Sequence record: SRR20825019_3158
Strand: one strand, 5' to 3'
Length of the DNA: 40,581 nt
The notes beneath the pieces were generated by a model. That model worked only from the letters and a program-made list of their open reading frames with translations. It did not search any database and had not been told where the DNA came from. Position numbers and translations under genes: made by a program. The first letter of the stretch is position 1, and the number at the start of each line of letters is the position of its first letter. Positions 26,529-36,652 of the stretch are shown here, piece after piece.

Positions 26529-28928
26529 ATGCAAAAATACCTATGGGTATGTGCTTGTATATGTACACTTTTTGTAAATGCGCAAGAATGTGAGTATACA
26601 TTGCAAGGAACTATTGTAGATTTTCACGATAACTCACCTTTAGTTGGCGCTACACTTATTGTAGCTGGCTTAGAGAAGGCTGTATTATCAGACTTTGATG
26701 GTAACTATACTATAAAAGGGTTATGTGATGGCAGTTACACATTGCAAGTTTCACATCCTGAATGTGATACCAAAGCAGTACCAGTAACTGTTTCTGGTAA
26801 TACAACTTTAGATATTAAGCTAGAACATCATTTAGAAGAACTTGGTGAAGTTACCATTAAAGGTGCTGTATTCAAGAAAAACGTATTGTCTGCACAAGAA
26901 CAGGTTTTAGATTCTGAAATTTTAGATGCAAAAACAAGCGGTTCTTTAGGCGATGCATTAAAATCTATAAGTGGCGTATCTACCTTAAATACAGGAAATA
27001 CTGTAGCTAAACCTGTTATACAAGGTTTACATAGCAGTCGTGTCCTTATTTATAATAATGGCACTAAAATGGAAGACCAAGAATGGGGAGCAGAACACGC
27101 ACCAAATGTAGATTTAAATGCTGCTGGTAAAGTTGCTGTAATAAAAGGAGCCAATGCATTACAATATGGTGGTGGCGCAGTTGGCGGCATTGTAATTGTA
27201 GAACCAGAAAAAGCACCTTTAAAAGATACTATCTATGGAAAAACTATAGTTACAGGATCTACAAATGGTCGTGGCGGCACACTTACTTCTAACCTCACTA
27301 AGACATTTAAATCTGGTTGGTATACTAGAGTTCAAGGAACGTATAAACGCTTTGGAGATTTTGAAACGCCAGATTATATTTTAAGTAATACAGGTCAAGA
27401 TGAAAAAGATTTCTCTTTAGGATTTGGTCTTAATAAGTTTTCTTGGGGTTTTGATGCATATTACTCCTATTTTGATAATGAAGTAGGAATACTAAGGGCT
27501 TCTCACCTTGGTGGTGCAGAAGATCAAGTACGTGCTATAAATAGTGACAGACCGTTCATTATAGATGATTTTACTTATGATATAATAGAACCAAGGCAAG
27601 ATGTGAATCATCATTTAGCAAAACTGAAGCTGTTTAAAAGGTTTGAAAATTTCGGAAAGATATCTGCGCAATATGATTTTCAATTAAACAATCGTTTAGA
27701 ATTCGATGTTAGAAGAGATAGTGAAGATAATAGACCAAGTGTAGATTTAGAGTTAGCAACACATCACTTTAATGCAGATTTGGTTTATGATGCTAAAATA
27801 GATTATGAAATTAAGACAGGTTTCTCATTTGGGTATCAAGATAATTTTGCAGATCCATCAACTGGAGTTAGACGGTTAATACCAGATTATGAACGTTACG
27901 ATTTAGGAGCTTATGCTGCACTAACGTATAACCTATCTCCTACGTTAACTGTAGAGTCTGGCTTACGTTATGACTTTCAAAATATAGATGCTTTTAAATT
28001 TTATAGGCTATCTAGATGGGAAGAGCGCGGTTATGATGTAACCTATCCAGAGTTTGAAATAGATAGAAATGAAAATCAGATCCTTACAAATCCGAATTTT
28101 GATTATCATAATGTTTCTGCAACTGCTGGCTTTAGTTTAGCATTAAATAATACATATAAGCTTCTTGGTAACTATTCATTAGCTTCAAGATCTCCAAATC
28201 CTTCAGAATTATTTAGTGAAGGTTTACACCATTCAGCATCTCGAATAGAAATTGGCGACTTAAGTTTTAATTCAGAAAGAGCTAATAAATTTAGTGTCAC
28301 GTTAGAGCACGACACTAAGCATATTTCATTTTCTGTAAGTCCATTTGCTAACTTCATTTCAGATTTTATCTTAATTGAACCAACTGGTATAGAGCAAACC
28401 ATACGAGGTAATTTTCAGGTTTGGGAATACAGGCAAACTCAAGCAAGATTATTAGGAGTAGATGTTGATGCCAGGTTACAGCTTACTAAAAATTTTAGCA
28501 CAAACCACCAGCTTAGTATCGTTAAAGGAAAAGATACCTCTTTAGATCGTGCGTTAATAAATATGCCGCCAGTTAACACAACAAATAGTTTAACGTTTAA
28601 AAATGAAAAATTAAATAACCTAAGATTAGGTATTACAAGCCAATATGTTTTTAGACAAAATGAATTTCCAAATAACAATTTTGAAGTTTTTATTCCAGAG
28701 ACCGAAACTACTGAAGTAGTTGATTTAAGCACACCACCAGATGCTTATCATTTACTAGGTTTTACAAGCAGTATAGACTTTTCTGTGTTTAATAAAAGCA
28801 CTTTAAATGTTGGACTTGATGTCTCAAATATTTTTAATACAGAGTATCGTGACTACTTAAATAGACTACGTTATTATGCAGATGATTTAGGAAGAAACGT
28901 AACTCTAAGACTAAAATTAAATTACTAA
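26529..28928 (+). CDS. TonB-dependent receptor, His-rich, probable metal transporter
   Basis: Plug KPVIQGLHSSRV...QEWGAEHAP...IKGANALQYGGGAVGG; RSPNPSELFSEGLHH; NIFNTEYRDYL...GRNV. Confidence 0.92.
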   Translation: MQKYLWVCACICTLFVNAQECEYTLQGTIVDFHDNSPLVGATLIVAGLEKAVLSDFDGNYTIKGLCDGSYTLQVSHPECDTKAVPVTVSGNTTLDIKLEHHLEELGEVTIKGAVFKKNVLSAQEQVLDSEILDAKTSGSLGDALKSISGVSTLNTGNTVAKPVIQGLHSSRVLIYNNGTKMEDQEWGAEHAPNVDLNAAGKVAVIKGANALQYGGGAVGGIVIVEPEKAPLKDTIYGKTIVTGSTNGRGGTLTSNLTKTFKSGWYTRVQGTYKRFGDFETPDYILSNTGQDEKDFSLGFGLNKFSWGFDAYYSYFDNEVGILRASHLGGAEDQVRAINSDRPFIIDDFTYDIIEPRQDVNHHLAKLKLFKRFENFGKISAQYDFQLNNRLEFDVRRDSEDNRPSVDLELATHHFNADLVYDAKIDYEIKTGFSFGYQDNFADPSTGVRRLIPDYERYDLGAYAALTYNLSPTLTVESGLRYDFQNIDAFKFYRLSRWEERGYDVTYPEFEIDRNENQILTNPNFDYHNVSATAGFSLALNNTYKLLGNYSLASRSPNPSELFSEGLHHSASRIEIGDLSFNSERANKFSVTLEHDTKHISFSVSPFANFISDFILIEPTGIEQTIRGNFQVWEYRQTQARLLGVDVDARLQLTKNFSTNHQLSIVKGKDTSLDRALINMPPVNTTNSLTFKNEKLNNLRLGITSQYVFRQNEFPNNNFEVFIPETETTEVVDLSTPPDAYHLLGFTSSIDFSVFNKSTLNVGLDVSNIFNTEYRDYLNRLRYYADDLGRNVTLRLKLNY

Positions 28929-28939
28929 CAATAACTAAC

Positions 28940-29008
28940 GATGATTGAGCCATTCGAAATCATCATACATAAATTAATATCAAAGTGGTTTCGATAGGCT
29001 CAACCACT
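28940..29008. repeat. Inverted pair of REP-like palindromic units
   Basis: GATGATTGAGCCATTCGAAATCATC (28940-28964) and, on the minus strand, AGTGGTTGAGCCTATCGAAACCACT (28984-29008). Confidence 0.65.
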
Positions 29009-29028
29009 ACACACTAAAAAAGCAAACA

Positions 29029-29595
29029 ATGAACACCTTAAAACAATTATCAACTTTAGCCCTTGCATCATTATTTATTTTCTCTTGTTCAAGTGATGAT
29101 GATAGTGTTCCAGAAATAGTGAATGAAGAAGAATTAATTACTACAACTACAATTTCTTTAACTTCTGAAGGTAACCCAACAGTAACATTTACTGCTACAG
29201 ATTTAGATGGTGATGGACCAAATGCTCCTGTGATAGATGATGTAAACCTATTGGCTAACACTACCTATACGGGAACAGTTACATTACTTAACGAAACAGA
29301 ATCTCCTGCAGAAGATATTACCGAAGAGGTTGCAGAAGAGGCAGATGAGCACCAGTTTTTTTATCAAGCATCTACTAGCTTAAATGTTACTACAGATTAT
29401 GCAGATGCAGATGCAGATGGAAATCCTGTAGGAATTAACTTTAGCTTAATAACCGGTGAAGCTTCAAACGGAACTTTTACAGTAACATTGCGTCACGAAC
29501 CGAGCAAAGATGCTAGTGGTGTTGCAGAAGGCGACATTACTAATGCTGGTGGTGAAACAGATGTTACACAGACATTCAACGTGATTGTTGAATAA
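29029..29595 (+). CDS. Acidic TBDT-associated lipoprotein
   Basis: Lipobox IFSC followed by SSDDD; NEEELITT, DLDGDG, EHQFFY, LRHEPSK and GGETD. Confidence 0.85.
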   Translation: MNTLKQLSTLALASLFIFSCSSDDDSVPEIVNEEELITTTTISLTSEGNPTVTFTATDLDGDGPNAPVIDDVNLLANTTYTGTVTLLNETESPAEDITEEVAEEADEHQFFYQASTSLNVTTDYADADADGNPVGINFSLITGEASNGTFTVTLRHEPSKDASGVAEGDITNAGGETDVTQTFNVIVE

Positions 29596-29629
29596 TTAAT
29601 ACGCTTTAATTCGTATTGATTTGAATTTG

Positions 29630-29661
29630 AAAGAGCGGTTGTGGTTAGCCGCTCTTTTTTT
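29630..29661 (+). terminator. Intrinsic terminator of the TBDT operon
   Basis: AAAGAGCGGTT/AGCCGCTCTTT stem followed by a T-run. Confidence 0.8.
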
Positions 29662-29665
29662 GCAT

Positions 29666-29694
29666 AAAAAAACCTCAAGAAAATTCTTGAGGTT
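29666..29694 (-). terminator. Intrinsic terminator for the convergent minus-strand genes
   Basis: AACCTCAAGAA/TTCTTGAGGTT stem with an A-run on the + strand. Confidence 0.8.
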
Positions 29695-29715
29695 ATATAT
29701 TGATTGCAAATGATT

Positions 29716-30024
29716 TTATGAAACTATCTCCACCTCAATTGGTTCATGTACTACTTCTTTAGAAGTACTCCAAACATAGGTATATAACCACATTAATGTA
29801 AATGTTGGAATAACATCTGTAAACGGTAAAATTTCTTCAAGAAAAATAATTACAGATGCAATTTTCCCTTTTCTGCCAGGAAACATTTCTGTCATTTTCT
29901 TAGCTGCAATCGGCGCCCATAAGATATCTACAAACGGCCCTACAACAGGTATAGCCATTGTAGCCATACCTATAGCATCCATAAGAACACTTTTCCCTAA
30001 TAATTTATAATTTCGGTTTTTCAT
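29716..30024 (-). CDS. Small hypothetical membrane protein
   Basis: 102 aa hydrophobic ORF; DILWAP and EEILPFTDVIPTFTLMW. Confidence 0.75.
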   Translation of the reverse strand: MKNRNYKLLGKSVLMDAIGMATMAIPVVGPFVDILWAPIAAKKMTEMFPGRKGKIASVIIFLEEILPFTDVIPTFTLMWLYTYVWSTSKEVVHEPIEVEIVS

Positions 30025-30093
30025 GTTGATTAATTTAAATTGATGAATCTATATCTTAATAACAAAAAAGATGCCGAAATTGTTGTGTTCTCT

Positions 30094-30693
30094 CTAAGCT
30101 AAATCGCTACTAATAAGTTTAAGAAACTCATTTCTAGTCTCCTGAGCTTCAAACTGTCCTCTAAAACCAGATGTCGTCGTAGTGCTATTTTGCTTTTGCA
30201 CGCCACGCATCATCATACACATATGGCTAGCCTCAATAACAACAGCAACACCTTTTGGTTTTAATGTATCATTAATACATTCTAAAATGTCGTGTGTTAA
30301 ACGTTCTTGCACTTGTAAACGTCTTGCAAACACATCTACAACTCTTGGTAGTTTACTAAGTCCTACAATATGTCCATTAGGGATATAGGCAATATGTGCT
30401 TTACCAAAAAATGGTAACATATGGTGTTCACAAAGTGAATAAAGCTCAATGTTTTTTACTACAACCATATCATTATAATCCTCTTTAAACATAGCGCCTT
30501 TAAGGATCTCTGCAGCATCTATATCATATCCAGATGTTAAAAACTGCATTGCCTTTGCTGCACGTTCTGGTGTTTTTACTATACCTTCTCGCGCTACATC
30601 TTCTCCTAAGTTAGTTATGATAGAAGAAAATTGAGACTTTATATCATCTGTTACTTCTATATTATATTCTTCAAAATTGCGGTATAATGCCAT
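30094..30693 (-). CDS. folE: GTP cyclohydrolase I
   Basis: [27 protein letters not shown] and HMCMMMRG motifs. Confidence 0.97.
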   Translation of the reverse strand: MALYRNFEEYNIEVTDDIKSQFSSIITNLGEDVAREGIVKTPERAAKAMQFLTSGYDIDAAEILKGAMFKEDYNDMVVVKNIELYSLCEHHMLPFFGKAHIAYIPNGHIVGLSKLPRVVDVFARRLQVQERLTHDILECINDTLKPKGVAVVIEASHMCMMMRGVQKQNSTTTTSGFRGQFEAQETRNEFLKLISSDLA

Positions 30694-30696
30694 TCT

Positions 30697-31236
30697 TTAA
30701 TTTAGTTTATCAGAAAAATACTTCTGTATTTTATTTATTTTAGGATCTATTACAAATTTACAATATCCATACTCAGGATGGTTATTATAAAAATTTTGAT
30801 GTTCTTCTTCTGCCACATAAAATTCAGAAGCTTCAGTAACCTCTGTAACTATAGGCGCATTAAAAATGGTATCTGCATCTAACTCTTTAATAACAGCATT
30901 AGCCATTTCTTTTTGACTATTGGAATGGTAAAATATAGCACTCCTATATTGTGTACCAACATCTGCACCTTGCCTATTTAAAGTGGTAGGATAGTGTGTA
31001 GAAAAAAACACATACAAAAGCTCTTTAAAAGTAATAATATCTGGATTAAAGGTAATTTGTAAAGCTTCTGCATGACCTGTTCTTCCTGAAACAACTTCTC
31101 TGTATGGCGGATTTTTAATCATTCCGCCAGTAAATCCAGACTGTACATTGTTTACACCCTTAAAACGTTGAAATACGGCTTCCGTACACCAAAAACAACC
31201 ATTTGCAAATGTTGCTACTTCTGTTTTCTCTTTCAT
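30697..31236 (-). CDS. msrA: Peptide-methionine (S)-S-oxide reductase
   Basis: GCFWC, TGHAE, RQGADVGTQYRS and AEEEHQNFY motifs. Confidence 0.96.
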   Translation of the reverse strand: MKEKTEVATFANGCFWCTEAVFQRFKGVNNVQSGFTGGMIKNPPYREVVSGRTGHAEALQITFNPDIITFKELLYVFFSTHYPTTLNRQGADVGTQYRSAIFYHSNSQKEMANAVIKELDADTIFNAPIVTEVTEASEFYVAEEEHQNFYNNHPEYGYCKFVIDPKINKIQKYFSDKLN

Positions 31237-31379
31237 TTATGTAAAATTAGTGTAATTTTTGTTTATCTATTTCAATAAATTAATAAACAAAATTATTTAA
31301 CATTTCCTTATGAAAAGAAAAGCATTGGAACAATAATTTTGTTTAGACATTCCCAATTTATTAAAATACCTCATTTTCA

Positions 31380-33812
31380 GTGAATTACTCCTTACCCTTA
31401 TTTTTTAGCTTATTTTTTATTTCAATACTTACAGCTCAAACAGAGCCATCTAAAATTATCGTTGCAGAACGTATTAGCAATCCACCTAAAATAGATGGTA
31501 TCTTAGACGATGCTGTATGGCAAACATTACCTATACATACAGATTTTAATATGCTACAACCAAGTAATGAAGGTAAGGCGCCAAAAACACACCGTACGAT
31601 ACTAAAAATGGCATACGATAATAGTGCTGTTTATTTTGCTGCATATATGTATGATGACAATCCTTCTTCTATAAGGCGACAGTTTAGCCAAAGAGACGAA
31701 ATAAATGTTCAGGCAGATGTAATCTCTATTGCTTTAAATACTTACAACGATAGTATTAATGAAACTCGATTTTACATTACCAGTGCTGGTACCATAGGTG
31801 ACTCTAAAGTATCTCAAAATAGGCAGGATTTTAGTTATGATGTTGTGTTTGATGCTAAAGCCACTATTAACGACCGTGGATGGTTTGCAGAGTTTAAAAT
31901 ACCTTATAATGCATTACGTTTTCCTGAGGAAGATATACAGGATTGGAGTTTAAATATGTATCGAAGTATTATAGATCGTAATGAAACTTATACCTATAAT
32001 TATATAAATAGAGAAGTTGGTAGGGAGACTCAATATAATGCTACTATTAATGGCGTAAGAGATATAGAGCCACCTGTGAGGTTAACCTTTTTCCCTTTCG
32101 CACAAGGTATTGTCACTAATTTTGATGGTGTAACAGAAACAGAGTTTAGTGCAGGTATGGATTTAAAGTATGGCTTAAGTGACAGCTTTACATTAGATAT
32201 GACTTTAATTCCCGATTTTGGACAAGTAGCATTTGACAATGTTAGACTAAACCTAGGTCCTTTTGAACAAACTTTTGGTGAAAACAGACAGTTTTTTACA
32301 GAAGGTACAGAACTTTTTGACAAAGGTGGCATTTTCTTCTCAAGACGTATTGGTAATGGACCAACTAGAGGATCTCGTTTAAATGCCAATGAACGTTATA
32401 TTGAAAACCCTCAAAAAGTAAACCTCCTAAACGCTCTTAAGATTTCTGGAAGAACCAAAGACAAATTAGGGATTGGTTTTTTAAATTCTATTACAGAAGA
32501 AACTAGAGCTATTATTGAAGATACAGTTACAAATACAAAAAGAGAAGTTGTGGTAGAGCCACTTGCTAATTATAATGTATTTGTATTAGACCAACAGTTT
32601 AATGGAAACTCATCTATTTCTTTAGTAAACACAAACGTTACTAGAGAAGGAGACTTTAGAGATGCCAATGTAAGTGCTTTTGTACTTGACACTGCAGACA
32701 AAAACAACAAATTTGGGGCTTCTGGTAGAGCAATTGTAAGCAATGTAATGGATACAGATGGCATTACCTCAGGCTTTTTATCTGAACTTGATATAGCTAA
32801 AATTGATGGTAATTTCAGATATAGAGTTGGTCATGACTTTGCCAACACAACTTATGATATTAATGATTTAGGTTTAGTTTTTAGAAATAATTTTAACAAC
32901 TTCGTAGCTGCTGCAAGCTACCAAATATTTGAACCTACAAAACGATTTAACAACTACAGTTTTTCTATAACAGCTAGGCACAACAGATTATATAAACCAA
33001 GCGTGCAAACTAATAATAACATAAATGTAGATGCATATTTTAATACTATAGAGCGTTTTTCTTTTGGTGGTAATGTGTATTATGACTCAGACACACAAGA
33101 TTACTTTGAGCCACGTTTACCTGGCAGATTTGTTACATATAGCTCAAGTATTGGTGGTCGTGGCTGGATATCTTCAGATTATAGAAAGAAGTTTGCTTTA
33201 GATTTAAGTCTAGGTTTCAGGCATTTTTATGAAGACCCTCAAGATAACCTTTCACTTAATGTTTCTCCAAGATATCGTTTTTCAGATAAATTTTTACTTG
33301 TAGTTAGCAGTAACTACGCTCAAAATGAAAAGGAGTTTGGTTATATAGATAATAATGGTGATGATGTTTTCCTAGGACAACGTGATCGTACCTCTTTAGA
33401 AAATACTATTTCTGCTAATTTTAATTTTGATCCATTTAAAGCCCTTAACCTTAGGTTTAGAAACTTCTGGAGTGTGGCAGACTATACCGAAGATGTATTC
33501 TTTAAACTTAACGAAGATGGAACTAGATCACAAATTGCTTATGATACAGAAGATTCTGAAAATAGAGATCCTAACACCAATTTTAATATTTGGAATATAG
33601 ATCTTTCTTACAGTTGGAGATTTGCACCTGGTAGCGTTGCTACGTTACTTTACAGAAACCAAATATTTAATCAAGATGACCAGTCTACTGTAGATTATAC
33701 TGAAAGTCTTAATACGTTATTTGACCAACCAAGCCTTAATCAACTATCGCTACGTTTGGTATATTTTATAGATTATAATAATCTTAAAAACTCATTCGGA
33801 AATAAAGCATAG
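31380..33812 (+). CDS. DUF5916-like outer-membrane protein with N-terminal CBM9/DOMON-like domain
   Basis: PKIDGILDDAVW, GWFAEFKIPYNALRF, PDFGQV, ENRQFFTEG and FFSRRIG. Confidence 0.85.
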   Translation: MNYSLPLFFSLFFISILTAQTEPSKIIVAERISNPPKIDGILDDAVWQTLPIHTDFNMLQPSNEGKAPKTHRTILKMAYDNSAVYFAAYMYDDNPSSIRRQFSQRDEINVQADVISIALNTYNDSINETRFYITSAGTIGDSKVSQNRQDFSYDVVFDAKATINDRGWFAEFKIPYNALRFPEEDIQDWSLNMYRSIIDRNETYTYNYINREVGRETQYNATINGVRDIEPPVRLTFFPFAQGIVTNFDGVTETEFSAGMDLKYGLSDSFTLDMTLIPDFGQVAFDNVRLNLGPFEQTFGENRQFFTEGTELFDKGGIFFSRRIGNGPTRGSRLNANERYIENPQKVNLLNALKISGRTKDKLGIGFLNSITEETRAIIEDTVTNTKREVVVEPLANYNVFVLDQQFNGNSSISLVNTNVTREGDFRDANVSAFVLDTADKNNKFGASGRAIVSNVMDTDGITSGFLSELDIAKIDGNFRYRVGHDFANTTYDINDLGLVFRNNFNNFVAAASYQIFEPTKRFNNYSFSITARHNRLYKPSVQTNNNINVDAYFNTIERFSFGGNVYYDSDTQDYFEPRLPGRFVTYSSSIGGRGWISSDYRKKFALDLSLGFRHFYEDPQDNLSLNVSPRYRFSDKFLLVVSSNYAQNEKEFGYIDNNGDDVFLGQRDRTSLENTISANFNFDPFKALNLRFRNFWSVADYTEDVFFKLNEDGTRSQIAYDTEDSENRDPNTNFNIWNIDLSYSWRFAPGSVATLLYRNQIFNQDDQSTVDYTESLNTLFDQPSLNQLSLRLVYFIDYNNLKNSFGNKA

Positions 33813-33830
33813 CTTTGTTATTCTTAACAG

Positions 33831-34505
33831 ATGCCCATGATTATAGCAGAAAACATTCATAAACACTACGGTGACTTACACGTATTAAAAGGCGTTGATC
33901 TCCATATTGCAGAACGTGAGATTGTTTCTATTGTAGGTGCTTCTGGTGCTGGAAAAACAACATTACTTCAAATATTAGGTACCCTTGATGCTTCAGACAA
34001 CAACTCGAACACTCAAGGAAAGCTTATTATAAATTCAAAAGAGGCTACAAGCTTAAAAGGGAAATCACTTTCTAAATTCAGAAATGAACATATTGGGTTT
34101 ATTTTTCAGTTTCACCAACTATTACCTGAATTTACAGCATTAGAAAATGTATGCTTGCCAGCGTTTATTAAAGGCACCTCTAAAGCACAAGCGGAGCAAA
34201 GAGCTAAGGAGTTATTATCGTTTTTAGGTGTTGAAAAAAGAGCTCATCATAAACCATCTGAGTTAAGTGGTGGTGAGCAACAACGTGTTGCCGTTGCTAG
34301 AGCTTTAATTAATAATCCTGCCGTAATCTTAGCAGATGAACCATCTGGAAATTTAGATAGTGAAAGTGCTGAAAACTTACACCAACTATTTTTTAAACTT
34401 AGAGATGAGTTTGGACAAACCTTTGTTATTGTAACCCATAACGAAGAACTTGCAAATATGGCAGATAGAAAACTAACGATGGTTGATGGTAAGATAGTTA
34501 ACTAA
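33831..34505 (+). CDS. lolD: ABC transporter ATP-binding protein, LolD-like
   Basis: [37 protein letters not shown] and VTH; TAGCTTTG -7 box at 33810-33817. Confidence 0.8.
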   Translation: MPMIIAENIHKHYGDLHVLKGVDLHIAEREIVSIVGASGAGKTTLLQILGTLDASDNNSNTQGKLIINSKEATSLKGKSLSKFRNEHIGFIFQFHQLLPEFTALENVCLPAFIKGTSKAQAEQRAKELLSFLGVEKRAHHKPSELSGGEQQRVAVARALINNPAVILADEPSGNLDSESAENLHQLFFKLRDEFGQTFVIVTHNEELANMADRKLTMVDGKIVN

Positions 34506-34512
34506 TTAATAA

Positions 34513-35661
34513 TTAGCTTTCCATAAAATTCTTAAGTACGCCAATAACATAATCTATTTCTTCTTTCGTGTTGTATTTTGAGAACGAAAATCTAACTGAA
34601 GGTCGCTTTAATTTATCGTCTTCTAAAATTGCCTGTAAAACGTGAGATGCTTGGCCACTACCACTTTGGCAAGCACTACCTTTAGAGCAAGCAATACCAT
34701 TTAAATCTAGTTGAAATAAAAGTAAAACTGCCTTTTCTTCAGCAATTGGCAAACACACATTAAGCAAGGTATAGGTGCTATTATCATTATCAGAGCAGCC
34801 TCCATTTAAAGAAGCTTCTGGAATATGTTCTTGTAGTTGGTCTTTAAAGTATTGTTTTAAAGATTTTATGTAGGCTTTCTCTTCCTCTAAATTTGCATAA
34901 GAAATATTTAATGCTTCAGATAAACCAACAATATTGTGTACGCTTTCTGTACCTGCTCTAATACCTCGCTCTTGGCTTCCACCTACAATCATAGGTTTTA
35001 AACCACTATTTTTTCTAATAAATGCAAAACCAACACCTTTTGGGCCATGAAATTTGTGAGCACTTACAGCTGTAAAATCTACTGGTATTTCAGAAAAATC
35101 TAACTTAAAATGACCTACAGATTGTACTGTATCACAATGAAATAAGGCATTATGAGATTTACAAAGTTTAGCAACAGCTTTTATGTCCAGCATATTACCA
35201 ACCTCATTATTAATATGCATTAAGCTTACCAATGTTTTTTCGGTACTATTACCTAGCAACTCTTCAAGGTGAGAACTATCTATGCTCCCACAATCTTTCA
35301 GGTTTACATAATCTACCGTAACATTATGCTTGTCTTGCATTTCCTGTACAGTATGTAAAACAGCGTGGTGCTCTATTCTTGAAGTTATGATGCGTGTAAC
35401 CCCTAAATCTTTAACAGACGAGCAAATTGCCAGGTTATCTGCCTCTGTACCTCCAGAAGTGAAAATAATTTCGCCAGCAGAAACATTTAAGTGTTTCGCA
35501 ACATCCTTTCGAGCCTGCTCTATTAAAGTCTTTGCAGCTCTTCCAAAAGCATGTGTAGATGAAGGGTTTCCATAACACTCACTCATTACCTGCGTCATTT
35601 TCTCAATGACTTCTTTTCTTACCTGCGTTGTGGCCGCACTGTCAAAATATACTTTTCTCAT
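34513..35661 (-). CDS. Cysteine desulfurase (IscS/NifS-type)
   Basis: YFDSAATT, GNPSS, FTSGGTE, SAHKFHGPKG and GSAC; TATTTTTG -7 box at 35681-35688. Confidence 0.93.
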   Translation of the reverse strand: MRKVYFDSAATTQVRKEVIEKMTQVMSECYGNPSSTHAFGRAAKTLIEQARKDVAKHLNVSAGEIIFTSGGTEADNLAICSSVKDLGVTRIITSRIEHHAVLHTVQEMQDKHNVTVDYVNLKDCGSIDSSHLEELLGNSTEKTLVSLMHINNEVGNMLDIKAVAKLCKSHNALFHCDTVQSVGHFKLDFSEIPVDFTAVSAHKFHGPKGVGFAFIRKNSGLKPMIVGGSQERGIRAGTESVHNIVGLSEALNISYANLEEEKAYIKSLKQYFKDQLQEHIPEASLNGGCSDNDNSTYTLLNVCLPIAEEKAVLLLFQLDLNGIACSKGSACQSGSGQASHVLQAILEDDKLKRPSVRFSFSKYNTKEEIDYVIGVLKNFMES

Positions 35662-35761
35662 AATTGTTTGCTAGTAGCGGCAAAAATAGTAGAAATAAAA
35701 TTATTCCCAAGCAGAAGCGTTATCAATAGGAATTCAATTAATTTTGTTGAAAATTTTGATA

Positions 35762-36652
35762 ATGACTCGTACCCTATTTCTTTTTCTATTTATAGCTGTA
35801 TTAGCGTCTTGTGACGATGGTGATATTATTGTAACCAGTTTTGATTTTGAAGATGCAGATCTCTCATTATGTGGTGAAGGCACAACTAAAGTGCTTTACA
35901 AAACTAATAATGATGACATTTTTGAATCAATTTCCCTTTCTTTTGAAGACAATGATTTTACAGGAGAAGAATTAGGCGTTATAACAATAGATTTAAACAC
36001 AAGCAACCAATTAGTGTACAGAACATTTGATAACTCTATTACAGGCAGCAGTTATTTTTGTAATGAAATACCTCCTACTTCTCCAAGAGTATTACAAGAA
36101 TTTGTGAGTACAAATGGTGGTACAGCTACCTTAACCACAACAGCTATTCCAGATACTGAAGATGAAGATGGAGATGGTTTAACTAATGATGAAGAAAATG
36201 AAGATAGCCAGCAAGACACAGATGGCGATGGTATTTTAGATTATCAAGATATAGACGATGATGGTGATAATGTACCTACAAGTGCAGAATTGGGAAATAC
36301 TCCAGACACTATGCTGTTAGATACAGATGAAGATGGAGATCCAGATTACTTAGATCCAGATGATGATAATGATGGTATACCAACTAAAAACGAAGATGAA
36401 GATATGGACGGAAACCCAAGAAATGATATTGGCGCCAATAGCATAGCAAGATTTAAAGATGTAAATGAAACTGAAAGTTTTGATGTTCCTGAAGAAGTAA
36501 ATATTGAAAACACCTACACAGTTGTATTTAGAACTTTGGTAAGGTTAACCAACTTAACGTTTAGTGGTCAAGATATTCAAGCTATACAAGGCACTTATGA
36601 TTTAGGTATTCTTGAAGTTCCAGATGTAGAAATAACTATTGAAGGCAACTAA
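35762..36652 (+). CDS. Lipoprotein with Asp-rich DxDxDG (TSP3-like) calcium-binding repeats
   Basis: Lipobox LASC from ATG 35762 (a -7 box overlaps the TTG at 35744); DEDGDG, DTDGDG, DDDGDN, DTDEDG, DDDNDG and DEDMDG. Confidence 0.8.
   Translation: MTRTLFLFLFIAVLASCDDGDIIVTSFDFEDADLSLCGEGTTKVLYKTNNDDIFESISLSFEDNDFTGEELGVITIDLNTSNQLVYRTFDNSITGSSYFCNEIPPTSPRVLQEFVSTNGGTATLTTTAIPDTEDEDGDGLTNDEENEDSQQDTDGDGILDYQDIDDDGDNVPTSAELGNTPDTMLLDTDEDGDPDYLDPDDDNDGIPTKNEDEDMDGNPRNDIGANSIARFKDVNETESFDVPEEVNIENTYTVVFRTLVRLTNLTFSGQDIQAIQGTYDLGILEVPDVEITIEGN

Noticed and set aside
31254-31296. Long imperfect inverted repeat between msrA and the DUF5916-like gene
   Set aside because: Almost entirely A/T, as expected by chance in this background.
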